From Macrostomum lignano (Eukaryota): a DNA stretch of 64,000 nucleotides. A model generated the notes under the pieces. That model did not search any database. It was given only the letters and a program-made list of their open reading frames with translations, and was not told where the DNA came from. Position 1 is the stretch's first letter, and every line of letters begins with the position of its first letter. Positions 11,847 to 24,900 of the stretch are shown piece by piece. Position numbers and translations under genes: made by a program. Location of the stretch: the NCBI GenBank assembly GCA_002269645.1, contig NIVC01001277.1:62001-126000 (forward strand), read 5' to 3'.

Positions 11847-12953
11847 TAGTCAGTCAGCTCGTAGATTGCGAGCAATTTCTCTCTCTGCTTCCCTCGCCCC
11901 TTGCCGCTCGCGATCCCCACGCAATTCTCCGGGCATTATCTCTATCTCCACCAGCCCTCGCTCGGTCTGTGCCGCTGCGCCGCCGCTTCTAGGAGAAACT
12001 GGGGTGGGGGGGGGCGGGTTGGGGTTCGAGGACAGGAAAATTTGCAGCGGCAGGAGAAGAAGAGGAGAAAGCAGAAGAGAGATAGCCTTTTTCCCCGGGG
12101 CGCTGCATAGGAGAAGCCTCGGGCTTATCCATGCAACGGGGAGTTCCTGCGCACCATCTTGTTTATCTTCAGTCTCCGTCTCTACCTGCCCCCCCCTCAC
12201 TCTCTCTTCGCTCATTTTCTCCGATTCCTCAGCCAGAGAGGCTGAGGCTGTATAACTGGGGCGGCAATCAGAGAGGGGGTCGCCGCTGCTGCGCCGCTTA
12301 TGGAATTTATGGAGCAGTCCGCCCCCAGCCGTATATTTCTGAATGCGGGCTCGCTATGCGCCCTCTCCTCCGCCAGCCTCCTCTGCGCTGGGTCGGAGAG
12401 CGGGTGAAGGTCAAAGGGGTATAAAGGGAAATCTCCCCTTCTGAGGCTGGACAATCCAGCCGGATTACCGGAGACGATGCAGCTCCCAGTCTGTCGCCTG
12501 GGAAAGTCAAGGCCCCATACTACATGAAAACAAACAATGCGGAGCTGCAGTCGGAAGAGGATCTCTCCGATTTCGGTCGGCGTCGGAGAGGAAGCTTTCG
12601 AAAGTCTCTCTCGGAGGGCTCCCCAATTATGAAAGCAACTGGGGAAGACTGAGAGAGAAGAGGCGATGCGCAGCGGGGGGTCCGGCCGCCCCCGCGGAGA
12701 AAGGCTCTGTGGAGGAGGAATTCTCTCAGGCCGCTGGGATCCCAGAGCTGGCCTTCCATGAGCGTCAATCACTGCGGCCCCGAAGCTGCTCTCTGGGACC
12801 GCTGGCTGCCCCGTCTCTTTGCTGGCAAATCCCCTCGCTCTTCCATCTACTTTCTCCCGGCCGCCCGCCCCAAGGGCGCCACGGCAGCACACACGGGAGC
12901 CAATGCTGCAGCTCTCCCGTATTCCTTCTCTCTCCCCCCTTTGCGCTTTGCAG

Positions 12954-12999
12954 CAGATCGGTCTCTTGGCTTCCGAAGACCTCCGCCTGCAGCCCGGCA

Positions 13000-13037
<38 letters not shown>

Positions 13038-14219
13038 ACTTCTCCCAGCCAGCAGCAGCCAATCGGTTCGAGGAAGAGAAAGTCAACCGTGCCGGTGAGT
13101 GAAGCCTCGAGGCTGCCCTGCCGCCGCCTCCCCCATCCGAGGCGGACGCGCAGCTATGCATGCGCAGAAGCCTCTTTACTGCCACTCAGTTTCTCCTCCC
13201 TGATCTGCCCTGCATGCCTGCTGGTCTCTGGCGCTCTGTCTCTGGAATAGCATCCCCTCAGCCTCTCGGAGCCCGCCCGGCAACCAGTGATGAATGGCCC
13301 CCCCCCGCCCCCTACCACTCTCTGTTCCCCCACTCTTCTCCATCTCTCTCTCTCTCTTGATTTCGGCTAGTCATTTTTTTACCTTGCCGCCTTCATCCCA
13401 GCCGCAGCTGCCGGCCTCATCCTCACTCACCACCATGTTGCTGAAATCTCCCATCTCCCCAACCCCGCGACCCCCAAGCCCTCTCCACATCCCTCCCGCT
13501 CCATCTCCATCCCCAAGTTTCCCTAAATATCCCGCGCTGCTGCCGGAGGGGCCTCGGGTCCACTTTGCTAGACCTCGAGTGAGCGAGAGAGACAGCGAGA
13601 TGGAGAGCTGCGGGCAGCTAATTGGGGGGCTCGGGATGGGGAGAGATAAGACAGAAGCGGGAGAATCCAGTGATGGGCAGAGCCCCTTATCTATAAGCTT
13701 GGCGCTCCTTATCTATAAGCTTGGCGCTCCTTATCTATAAGCTTGGCGCTCCTTATCTATAAGCTTAGCGCTCCTTATCTATAAGCTTGGCGCCCCTCAT
13801 CTATAAGCTTGGCGCTCCTTATCTATAAGCTTGGCGCTCCTTATCTATAAGCTTGGCGCCCCTTATCTATAAGCTTGGCGCCCCTTATCTATCCACAAAT
13901 TTGTCAATCAATCTCAGGAGAAGCTCTGCTCGGATTCCGATGACTCCGCAACGCCACTCGCTGTTTCCAACAGCAACGGAAAGCAGAAGCAGTCGCAGCC
14001 GCAGCAGCAGCTGCAGCAGCAGCAGCAAACTCCGACTCGAGTTGAGAAGCATTCGAACTCTGCAGCCAGGAATCGGAACAAGGAGGCTTTGCAGCAGCAG
14101 TTGCTCCAGCAGCAGCTTCAGCAGCAGCAGCAACAACAACAGCAACGGCAGCAGCAGCAATACTATCAAAGCCAGCAACAGCAACAGCTCCAGCTTCAAC
14201 TCAAGCTGCATCATCACAC

Positions 14220-14266
<47 letters not shown>

Positions 14267-16357
14267 CGAGCCTCCCCGCTGGCTTCTTCTTGTTCGGACC
14301 GACCAAGCTCGCCGCCTCGGGCCTGCAGCCGCAACTGCCGCAGCCGCAGCCGCAGCAAAACTTTCTTGGGCCAGCGCCGCCTCAGCTGCAGAGTTTTAAT
14401 TTCGGCCGGTCTTTTCAACTGACACCGTCGCTGTCTGTGAGTTGCCGCGTTCTCTGCTCGAATATTTAAATTTGCGTTACTTGCCTACTATGAGTAGGAT
14501 AATTATGCTTGTTTTGATGTGTTGAAATATTTAGTCCGACGCGACACTGATAGAGTAATTGATAGTGACAGTTCATAACGAGTGAGGGACAGATGTACAT
14601 TTAGTGTGACTGACAGTCTCGGAGTGACAGTCTCGGAGTGACAGTCTCGGAGTGACAGTCTCGGAGTGACAGTCTCGGAGTGACAGTCTCGGAGTGACAG
14701 TCTCGGAGTGACAGTCTCGGAGTGACAGTCTCGGAGTGACAGTCTCGGAGTGACAGTCTCGGAGTGACAGTCTCGGAGTGACAGTCTCGGAGTGACAGTC
14801 TCGGAGTGACAGTCTCGGAGTGACAGTCTCGGAGTGACAGTCTCGGAGTGACAGTCTCGGAGTGACAGTCTCGGAGTGACAGTCTCGGAGTGACAGTCTC
14901 GGAGTGACAGTCTCGGAGTGACAGTCTCGGAGTGACAGTCTCGGAGTGACAGTCTCGGAGTGACAGTCTCGGAGTGACAGTCTCGGAGTGACAGACTCCT
15001 CAACCAATCAAATCAAATTTGAATATTTCAGGTCACGGAGCAGCCCCAGCCCGAGGAGGTCCCGGCCGCGCTGGACCTCAGCGTCAAGGACGTCAAGACG
15101 CCGCAGCCGCCACAGCTGATTCCGGGTGTCAAGTCCCTGTCGCCGCCAATGCTGCAGCAGCACCAGCAGCAGCCGCCGCCGCCGCCGCCGCCGCTGCACA
15201 CACCGGGCCAGTCATTGGGCGCTCGGCAGCGGCGCTCCGGCCAGCAGCGGCACCGCGCCTCAGCAGCCAGACGGGCCGCCAAGCTCAGCTCGCCCCCGAT
15301 GAAGTTTTCCGAGGTGAACTCGCCGGTCGCGGCGCCGGCGGCCTCCGAGGAGGATGGCTCTCTCCTGCTGTCAGGCGGCAGCGGCGGCGGCGGCGGCGGC
15401 CGGAGCAAGGCGCAGCGGCAGAACTTCAGCCCGGCGCAGAACCGCCTGCTGTTGAAGTGGTTCAACGAGCACAGCGACAAGCCCTACCCCTCTGGCGACG
15501 ACACCAAGGAGCTGTCGGAGATCACCGGGCTGAACTACGCGCAGGTGAAGAAATGGTTTGCCAACAAGAGGATGCGATCGAAGGTCACGGGCCAGGGCCT
15601 CGACACGCAGCCGCTGTCGTCTGCAAACAGCCCGCAGCAGTGGGGCGATGAGGCGGAGGTGAGGCTGGAGAAGCTCAAAGCTGCTTGGCGTCCTGGAGCC
15701 TAGAAACAGCTGGAGAGTAGATAGTTGAAAGGGGAGTAGAGAGTAGAATGGGGAGCAGAGAGTAGAATTGGGAGAGCAGAGTAGAATTGGGAGAGCAGAG
15801 AGTAGAATTGGGAGAGCAGAGTAGAATTGGGAGAGCAGAGAGTAGAATTGGGAGAGCAGAGTAGAATTGGGAGAGCAGAGTAGAATTGGGAGAGCAGAGT
15901 AGAATTGGGAGAGCAGAGTAGAATTGGGAGAGTAGAGAGTAGAATGGGAGAGCAGGGAGTAGGAAGGGGAGAGTAGAGAGTAGGAAGGGGAGAGCAGGGA
16001 GTAGGAAGGGGAGAGCAGGGAGTAGGAAGGGAGAGCAGGGAGTAGGAAGGGGAGAGCAGGGAGTAGGAAGGGGAGAGCAGGGAGTAGGAAGGGGAGAGCA
16101 GGGAGTAGGTAGAAAGGGTAGAGTAGAGAGAAGTAATAGCCGTTGACTTGCTTTAGTAAATGCACAGTAACAAGATGGTAAAATTTTCAATAATAATTCT
16201 CTACAGTTTCCTAGCCTCACCCTTACTTACCCTTACATCCTTGCAGCTGTGCAGCATCAACAGAATGGATCAGGAGAACCTGGAGAAGGACAGCCTGAGT
16301 CTCAATCTCAACGATCATCCAATGAACAGCGACAGCGGCGAGGCGACTGAGTGTTGA
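12954..16357 (+). CDS. TALE-class homeobox transcription factor (divergent; polyQ, CtBP-type motif)
   Basis: Exons 12954-13094, 13918-14436, 15032-15658 and 16247-16357 (stop), all phase 0 with canonical AG/GT. Homeodomain at about 15401-15583: KAQRQNFSPAQNRLLLKWFNEHSDKPYPSGDDTKELSEITGLNYAQVKKWFANKRMRSK (TALE loop plus PYP). ALDLSVK at 15068-15088. The 5' end is uncertain, probably exon 8503-8775. Confidence 0.85.
13684..13892. repeat. 22-bp intronic minisatellite (cgctccttatctataagcttgg)
   Basis: Tandem units just before the 13918 acceptor. Confidence 0.9.
14610..14995. repeat. 14-bp intronic minisatellite (ggagtgacagtctc), about 27 copies
   Basis: Perfect tandem array. Confidence 0.95.
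15745..16110. repeat. 19-bp and 21-bp purine-rich intronic minisatellites
   Basis: gggagagcagagtagaatt units followed by ggagagcagggagtaggaagg units. Confidence 0.85.
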
Positions 16358-16816
16358 ACGTCCAATCCCTCCATTGAAAATCCCAATTCATACATGGACA
16401 TGGAACTCATTTTGTGAAGTTTTCCCCACTCGCTCGGCCCCTGTCCAGCTTCTTGTAACATAGTTCGCACAAAACATGTAAAACGCTACGTTAATCGCGC
16501 TTTTGTTTTTGCTTTCTAAGATTACTACTGCTCATTAGTAGTGAGCAGCGTCCAGTCGAGGTTGACGAAACGTTCTTGTACATTTTTAGCTCGTAAGCAA
16601 GTCATCACCATTGGTCGCGAGAAACAGCTTAAATTTATTGTTTAGATAAAATCTGCTTTGCTCGTGGTCAAATCTTTAGTTTAAAAAAACAAACAAAAAT
16701 AAACGAAAACTTATTAAATCACTGCTGCAAATCGAAATAACTCATTTTGGTTCGAGACTTTTGATTTCTTACTGACTACGGTCACGAATTCAAACGGATG
16801 CAACAAGACTGCACGG

Positions 16817-17305
16817 AGTCCCGCTGTCTCACCAAGGAGTCCCGCTGTCTCACCAATGAGTCCCGCTGTCTCACCAATGAGTCCCGCTGTCTCACCAAGG
16901 AGTCCCGCTGTCTCACCAAGGAGTCCCGCTGTCTCACCAAGGAGTCCCGCTGTCTCACCAAGGAGTCCCGCTGTCTCACCAAGGAGTCCTGCAGTCTCAC
17001 CAAGGAGTCCTGCAGTCTCACCAAGGAGTCCCGCTGTCTCACCAATGAGTCCCGCTGTCTCACCAAGGAGTCCCGCTGTCTCACCAATGAGTCCCGCTGT
17101 CTCACCAAGGAGTCCCGCTGTCTCACCAAGGAGTCCCGCAGTCTCACCAAGGAGTCCCGCTGTCTCGCCAAAGAGTCCCACTGTCTCATCAAGGAGTCCC
17201 GCTGTCTCACCAAGGAGTCCCGCTGTCTCACCATGGAGTCCCGCTGTCTCACCAAGGAGTCCCGCCGTCTCATCAAGGAGTCCCGCTGTATCACCAAAGA
17301 GTCCC
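16817..17305. repeat. 21-bp minisatellite (gagtcccgctgtctcaccaag)
   Basis: Tandem units; source of 7-aa-periodic spurious ORFs. Confidence 0.92.
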
Positions 17306-18392
17306 GCTCCCATTCCCTACCCACCAGGCGGTTTCCATAAAAGAGAAACTGACTGAGCCAAGGCAAGAATGTTTAGCCGAATAAAAGTCTTAGGCAGCCA
17401 AGCAGATCTTTGCAATGAGAGGCCAGGCAAGCTACCTGCATACTACTCATTGCGACCCTGGCTGCACAGTAGTATATAGCAGTATATTTAATTAGCTATC
17501 AGAATAGAACTCACACGCAAATTGCATGCGGCTGGGGGGGGGCTCAGCAACATAAATAATAAAAAGTCTGACAGAAATTCACAGCACAATAAGTCCAATA
17601 AAATTGAAATACAGATTCTTAGAAAGCAAAATTGAAAACATATTACGGAATGATAATAAAGAACCTTTGTTGTAATGTGCGGCATTCGTTAGTTACTTAT
17701 TCAACAAGGTAAAGAGCATATAAAAGTGGAAATAACAGAGCCTGTTTGCAGAGAACTTTGTATCAGTAATAATAACAAATAATAATAATAATAATATAAG
17801 GACGCAAACTCGATGGCGTACGCCAGACAGTGTAGTGGAGGCTGTGATGTGGAGCATATATATGACGGATATATCATACAAAATGATAGTAGCTATAAAA
17901 AAACAAAAAACGCTAGCGGTAAACAGAGATTACTTGGCGAACAGGCCTGTTTCAATAGTGAAGAAAAATATTTATAAATAAAAAAGCAGGATAAAATGTT
18001 GAGGGCTACTGCTGTCAGTAGCAATATTTGGACATGCGCAGAGGAATGAATGGAAGTGGAGAGGAATGGTGGAGAAGATTTTAGGAATCAGTTGCATTTG
18101 AAGAGTTTCAGCCAAGCCTTTGCACTCCGGAGATTTAGTCAAGTGTCATAACAAAAAAACCGTTATTACAATGATAACTGAAAAAACATTACATAATTTA
18201 ACAGAAAATTATAACATACAAGCGTATTATTATTAATTAAATATTCAATTATATGTTGGACCGAACTTAAATGCAGCAATTTGCAAAGCACTCACTCACT
18301 CAGGTGAATTCTGAAAAATCAATAATGGCATAACCAGTTCTCCCCGCAGATACTACTCGTAGAATAACTACTAGGGCCACTCTGGCATATAT

Positions 18393-18640
18393 ACTTTCAG
18401 TAGCAAAGAAGAATACATAAGCTATTTTATAAAAATAAAGCCAGCTAAAATGACTTTGATAAGTTTAGAAGCCCAAGCTTGCAGGCGTAAACAACTTGCT
18501 AATTGGTTCAGCCGTAATGTACATTAGCCAGTCCACTGAAATGTACATGGCAGCTTTAAGGCTGGAATTCCGAGAAAGGCAATAAAAATTGGGGTGGGGC
18601 GGGGAGGGGGTAGTGTGGAAAGGCGCGGTTGGAGGGTTTG
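18393..18640. repeat. Dispersed repeat, copy 1 (copy 2 at 36799-37035)
   Basis: cagtagcaaagaagaatacataagct...aggcgcggttggagggtt shared with few substitutions. Confidence 0.85.
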
Positions 18641-18903
18641 GGCTGGGGGGGGGTAAGAGCCAATAAAACGATCCTTGGCTTTAAAAATACATTAAAATAC
18701 CTTCAGTTTAATTTGCTACTGAACTGAAAGTAGCTTACATGCAAATGTGCTGAGTGGCCCATCTAGCTATTCTAGTATCTGCGGTTCTCCCCAAGTGAGG
18801 TTTATTAGAAAAAATAATCAGTAATTAGTCACGGGAAGTCGGCCGTCGCATCGTATTGAAAAAGAATTTTTCACTAATAAAATTCAATTATTTAAACAGA
18901 AGT

Positions 18904-21900
18904 TCAGCCGGTTAGAAAGGACAAACGGGTCAGCTTCCCGTATCCTGCGGCCAGCGCCATCACCAGGCAGCTGGTTAGTAGTGCGGCGGAGACTGTGAGA
19001 GCAGAGGCGGTGTTGTAGTCGATGCAGTATGGGCACTGGAAGCTGCCGCACACCTTGCAGATGTCGCTGCTATGCAGCGAGCGGGCGCTGTAGAACGAGA
19101 AGTTCCTGTTGTCTGCGGGTGGCGGGTTGTTAGGGAATGGGCTCGATTTTCAGTAAGGAGTACATAAATTTCTGGTTGATTAAGTTTTCTACGCAACATA
19201 TCGGTGACAATACAAACCTTTATTTAGCATCATTTATCTCATTTGATTCGATACAAATGTTCCATACCTAGTTTCCCCTCAAAATTCCCCTCTGATTCTC
19301 TTGAAATTATCCTCGATTCTCTTGAAATTATCCTCTGATTCTTTTGCTATACCCCTCTGATTCTCTTGCAATTCCCCTTTGGTTCTCTTGCAATTCCCCT
19401 CTGATTCTCTTGAAATACCCCTCTGATTCTCTTGCAATTCCCCTTTGATTCTCTTGCAATTACCCTCTGATTTTCTTTCAATACCTCTCTGATTCTCTTG
19501 CAATACTCCTCTGATTCTCTTGGAATTAGAATCTGATTCTCTTAAGATTCCCTTCCGATTCTCTTGGGAATTCCCCTCTGATTATCTTGTAAATCCTCCC
19601 TGATTCTCTTGCAATTCCCCTTTGATTCTCTTGAAATTATCCTCTGATTCTCTTGTAATTCCCCTCTGATTTCCTGCAATCCCTATCTGATTCTCATGGA
19701 AACTCCCCTCTGACAATCCTCCCACAATTCCCACAATCACTCCGGACCCTCACCAAATTCAAAGTACTCATAGACGTTGCATGGCTGCTCAACAGTGGTG
19801 TTGGCGACTGGGTACCACCTCGGTATGGGGATGGTGACGCAGGTTGGCTGCACGGAAGTGAACTGGAATGAAAATCAGAACAATAATTGCAATGTACTTT
19901 AGTCATGTACAGAGCAAAGGGCAGACCGTTGTCGTGCGGTTCACAGCCCACAGAGTGCACATGCCTGATGATTAGACAATCAGGGCACACCCTGGCGCCA
20001 TTGTGTCCACAGCCCTACAGCAGCCCGCAACTGCGCACTCACGTTGGTGAAGAAGACATTGAGGTACTGCCCGACCATCCAGATGTGCCGCAGGCCGCGA
20101 ACATTGCTAGTTTGCACAAAATTGCGCATATCATAATTAGTAACCAGGTAGCCGGATGGCACGGTGAACTGCAGCAGCGCCATGCCGCTGGTCTCCGATC
20201 TGGCCGTCCAAGTCCATCTGGAATGGAGAAATTCGTTAAACATTATTTAATTATAATAGATGAATAATGTCATGTGAGAAATCTTAGATTGACAGGCAAT
20301 GGTGTGTCAGCGAGTGGGGTCCTGCTCAGCGGTTTCTAAGAACACTAGTTAAACATACTCTAGAATGTGCACTAGTTAAATACGGGTATCTATGTGCATT
20401 AATTAAACATGCATTACAATGAGCATCAGGTAAACTAAACATACATTACAATGTACATTAGTTAAACATACATTGCAGTGTACACTAGTTAAGCATAAAT
20501 TACAGTGTACACTAGTTAAACATACACTACAGTGTACATTGGTTAACATACACTACAATGTAAATTAGTTAAATATACATTACAATGTACACTAGTTAAA
20601 CATACTCTAAAATGTACATAGGGTAAACATAAACTACAATGTACATTACTTCAACATACATTACAGTGTACATTACTTCAACATACATTATTACAGAGTA
20701 CATAGGGTAAACATACACTACAGTGTACATTGGTTAAACATACACTACAGTGTACACAGGCCAGAGTACACCGTCTCGGCTCACCTGGCGCACGCAGTCA
20801 TGTGCATCATACTGCTATTCCGGCCGCTGAATGTCGGCACGCAGCTGAGCTCGAAGGTCTGGAACGGCGTGTTCGGCTTGTTGGGATCGATGGCATTCTT
20901 CACTAGGAACTCCTGCTCGACGCTTTTCGTGGTGAACATGTGCAGCACGGCGCGGCCGCTGCCTGTAGCTCGGATCATCACCTCGCCCCAGGTGTTGTCG
21001 TTGTCCAAGTAGAAAGTTCGCGGAATGCTCAGATTGTTGCCGTCCAGCCTGAGACTGCTGGATTTGCTCGTGTCGGAGGTCGGGTTGATGTCCACCTGCA
21101 GGGAGTAGATGACTCGGTTGAAGTCCAACTGGGCGACCTCGCGAAGTGCCCTGACAGCGAACAGCGTGTCCTGCGTGGAGATCCAGCCCTGGGGAGCGTT
21201 CTTCGTCTCCGTGATGAAGTTGATGACCTTGGTGATGTTGCTCTTCAGCTCTGGCTTGGAGCTCACGGATTTGAACATGGCGAGCATGGCGAACGAGGAA
21301 GCCTGCAGGGAAGGCATTGATAAACTCACCGTGTTAAACTCACCGTATTGATTGCTTTTAACTAACTGGGAATTCCGAAATCTCACGGGAAATCCAAAAA
21401 TCTCAAGGGGAATCACAAGATCTCACAGGAAGCCTCAAAATCTTATAGGGATTCTCAAAATCTCAGGAATCCCAAAATCAATGCAACATCTATAGAAATG
21501 AAATATTTTAATATTTTAACAGAAACTCGAACACGAAATTAAACAACCTAAACAATCTCAAAGAAACCTTAACCGAGAAGCCTCACCGGTAACCCCCACC
21601 CGGGGAAGCCTCACCGGTACCCCACCCAGGGGAAGCCTCACTGGTACCCCAACCGGGGAAGCCTCACCCTCACCGGTACCCCAACCGGGGAAGCCTCACC
21701 GTTAGCCCCCACCCAGGGGAAGCCTCACCGGTACCCCAACCGGGGAAGCATCACCGGTACCACAACCGGGGAAGCCTCACCGGTACTCCAACCGGGGAAG
21801 CCTCACCGGAACCCCAACCGGGGAAGCCTCACCGGTACCCCAACCGGGGAAGCCTCACCCTCATCGGCAACCCCAACCGGGGAAGCCTCACCCTCATCGG

Positions 21901-24900
21901 CAACCCCAACCGGGGAAGCCTCACCGGAAACCCTACCCCAGGAAGCGAACCCCAGCCGCCTAATTGAAGCCCGCTCACCTGCACAGCATAAGCATCGTTG
22001 GGCCACTCAATCCTGGCCTTGATGATCACTTTTCCAGCTGAATCTGGCTCCCGGATCAGCGGCTTGACCCGTCTGTTGGCCCAATAGAGATAGTTGTCAT
22101 CCCTGGCAATGCTCATCAGCAGGTTCATAGCCGTGCTCTTATCCGAGGAGGAGGAGTCGAAGGTGAGCGCGTAGGCGGTCATGGCCAGACTGAGGGCGTC
22201 CTCCGTCATTTTGCTCAGGTGCCGCTTCAGGTACTGAATGGCCGCGGTGGATACCCGGCTGGCATGCGAGCCCAGACTCATGGGGATGCTCGGGTGCCTG
22301 GTTGCGATCACCGCCAGAGCTGTGATGGGGACGCGGCGCAGGTAGACATTGTTAGCCGGGTTCACCGACTTGTCCTTGATGTAGACATTAAAGTACTTCA
22401 TGTCCCATTGGATATCGTCTGTGAAAGAGCCGGCCAGGCTGGGGTCCACGGCTCCAGTGTCCTGGGTGGCATTCAAGTACAGGATGAACTTCTGGAACAG
22501 GTCAGCGTTGATGGCGGTGACTCGGTCCCACTGCGAGAAGGAGGTCTCCGCCAGGGTGAACAGGCCGAACGCCGTCAGGAAAGTGCTTGTCTCCGTGTTG
22601 AACCGTTCGGGAAAGTTGGCCATGCCGCCAGTGACGGGGTTGATGTAGAATGAGAGTCTGGACAGCTGCGAGTTCACGTACTCGAGAGCGGAGTTGAGAG
22701 TTGCCGCCTCCAGCTGCTTGGTCATGCGCAGGTAGTGCAGCATCTGCACGTTCCAGTTGATGTTGAACAGGACGCTCTCGCCGGACCCGATGGGCCGCCA
22801 GACGGTGCTGGCCGCGTCTCCGTAGGGCATCTCGTTGCCGAGGGACGGGCCGACAATGTCTCCGACCACGCTGATCTTGGTGTACTTGGAGCCGGGCACG
22901 AAACGGCGCCAACGGCGCTCCGGCTCTACGAAGGCCTGCTCAGGCGTGATGAAGAAGTTCTGGGCGAGCAGCTCGGAGTTGGAGACCAGGTCGAGCAGGA
23001 TGGGAGTGCTGTAGTTGTTGGGGGCGCCGTTGATCTGCGGGGGACATTGGAGGGCACCGTTTACTGAATTGGTTGACTACTATTGATAGAAGGTACAGAT
23101 ACTGTAGCTGTGTACGCTCGTACACAGACTACTCATGATTTTACAGATACAGGTAATGTACCCGCGTACACAGACCACTGTTGATTGTACAGATACAGAC
23201 ACTGTACCTGCGTACAGACTACTCATGATTGTACCTACAGATAGTGTACCAGTGTACAAAAAGTTCACTTTGATGCAGAGACAACAAGCCAGACTCACAA
23301 TGACGGGCACATTAACGGTGGAACACTCTCCGCCATTGAACGAGTAGGCGCAGAAGGTGATGGTGGTATTTCCGGTGTTCCTGGGCAGCACAGGGAAGTA
23401 CAGCATCCGGTGACCACCAGCGGGCAGGAAGACCACCGTGTGCACGTTCTCGTTGCTGGCCAACTCTGGGGCATAACTGTTCACCTGGCCTCGGTAGCCC
23501 ACCTTGATGAAGTCGTACTCGGTACTTTTCTTCAGCTCGATAATCACCTGGAGTTCGATTGTTTGGCGGAAGCTAAGCCTTAAGGTACGGTGACTATGGA
23601 GCTTTTCTTTCTATCTTTCAGATCCCCTATGCACCCAAGGATCCCTAACAGCACGGATCCCATGTTTCCCCAAGGATCCCTAACAACCCGGATCACAAAT
23701 ATCCCCAAGGATCCCTACCAACCCGGATCACAAATATCCCCAAGGATCCCTAACAACCCGGATCACAAATATCCCCAAGGATCCCTAACAACCCGGATCG
23801 TATATATCCCCAAGGATCCCTAACAACCTAGATTTCTAACAACCCGGATCCCATATTTCTCCAAGGATCCCTAACAACCCGGATCACAAATATCCCTAAG
23901 GATCCCTGACAGCATGGATCCCATATTTCCCCAAGGATCCCTGACAGCATGGATCCCATATTTCCCCAAGGATCCCTAACAACCCGGATCCCATATTTCT
24001 CCAAGGATCCCTAACAACCCGGATCCCATATTTCTCCAAGGATCCCTAACAACCCGGATCGCATATTTCTCCAAGGATCCCTAACAACCCGGATCCCAAA
24101 TATCCCCAAGGATCCCTAACAACCCGGATCCCAAATATCCCCAAGAATCCCTAACAACCCGGATCGCATATTTCCCCAAGAATCCCTAACAACCCGGATC
24201 CTATATATCCCCAAGGATCCCTAACAACCCCGATCCCAAATATCCCCAAGGATCCCTAACAACCCGGATCCCATACTTCTCCAAGGATCCCTAACAACCC
24301 GGATCCCAAATATCCCCAAGGATCCCTAACAACCCGGATCCCAAATCCCCAGACCCAGCACCAGCCCAGGGCAGCTTACCTCAGTCCAGTAGTCGAACCT
24401 GTTGAACACGGCCACCCGAACTCCAATCTGCTCTCCCCAATAGGCGTACGGCGGCGCTTCCAGCACCATGTAGAACCGTCGGGTGGAAGTGAACCTGGTC
24501 GGCACGCTCTGCACCTGAACGCCGCGCTCGCCATCGATGGCGATGGCGCCGACCACCCAGGAGGTCTCCAGCTTCGGCGTCACCGCCGGATTGAACGGAA
24601 CTCGGCCGTTCATGTTGGCTCTGGAACGGGTGCAGCAAGGCGGAGCCGTGTCTACTGGGACTGTCTACCGTGTCTATTGGGACTGTCTACCGTGTCTACT
24701 GGGACTGTCTACCGTGTGTACTGGGACTGTCTACCGTGTGTACCGGGACTGTCTACCAGTGTCTACTGGGACTGTCTACCGTGTGTGTCTACTGGGACTG
24801 TGTCTCTCTACAAATAGGTCTACTCTATCTACAGACAATGTCCTGGCTCTCACTTCATATAGACATCCTGCCAAAGCCACAGATCATCATATATAAAGTG

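Noticed and set aside
12212-13185. Minus-strand ORFs (262, 112, 90 aa) and similar ORFs opposite PLC, eIF5 and Mcr exons
   Set aside because: Antisense shadows of GC-rich or CAG-repeat sequence, with no domain signal.
16714-17366. Heptad-repeat ORFs (GLLGETA, RQRDSLV) resembling coiled-coil or antifreeze proteins
   Set aside because: Open in four frames because the 21-bp unit lacks stops there; no splice or start context.
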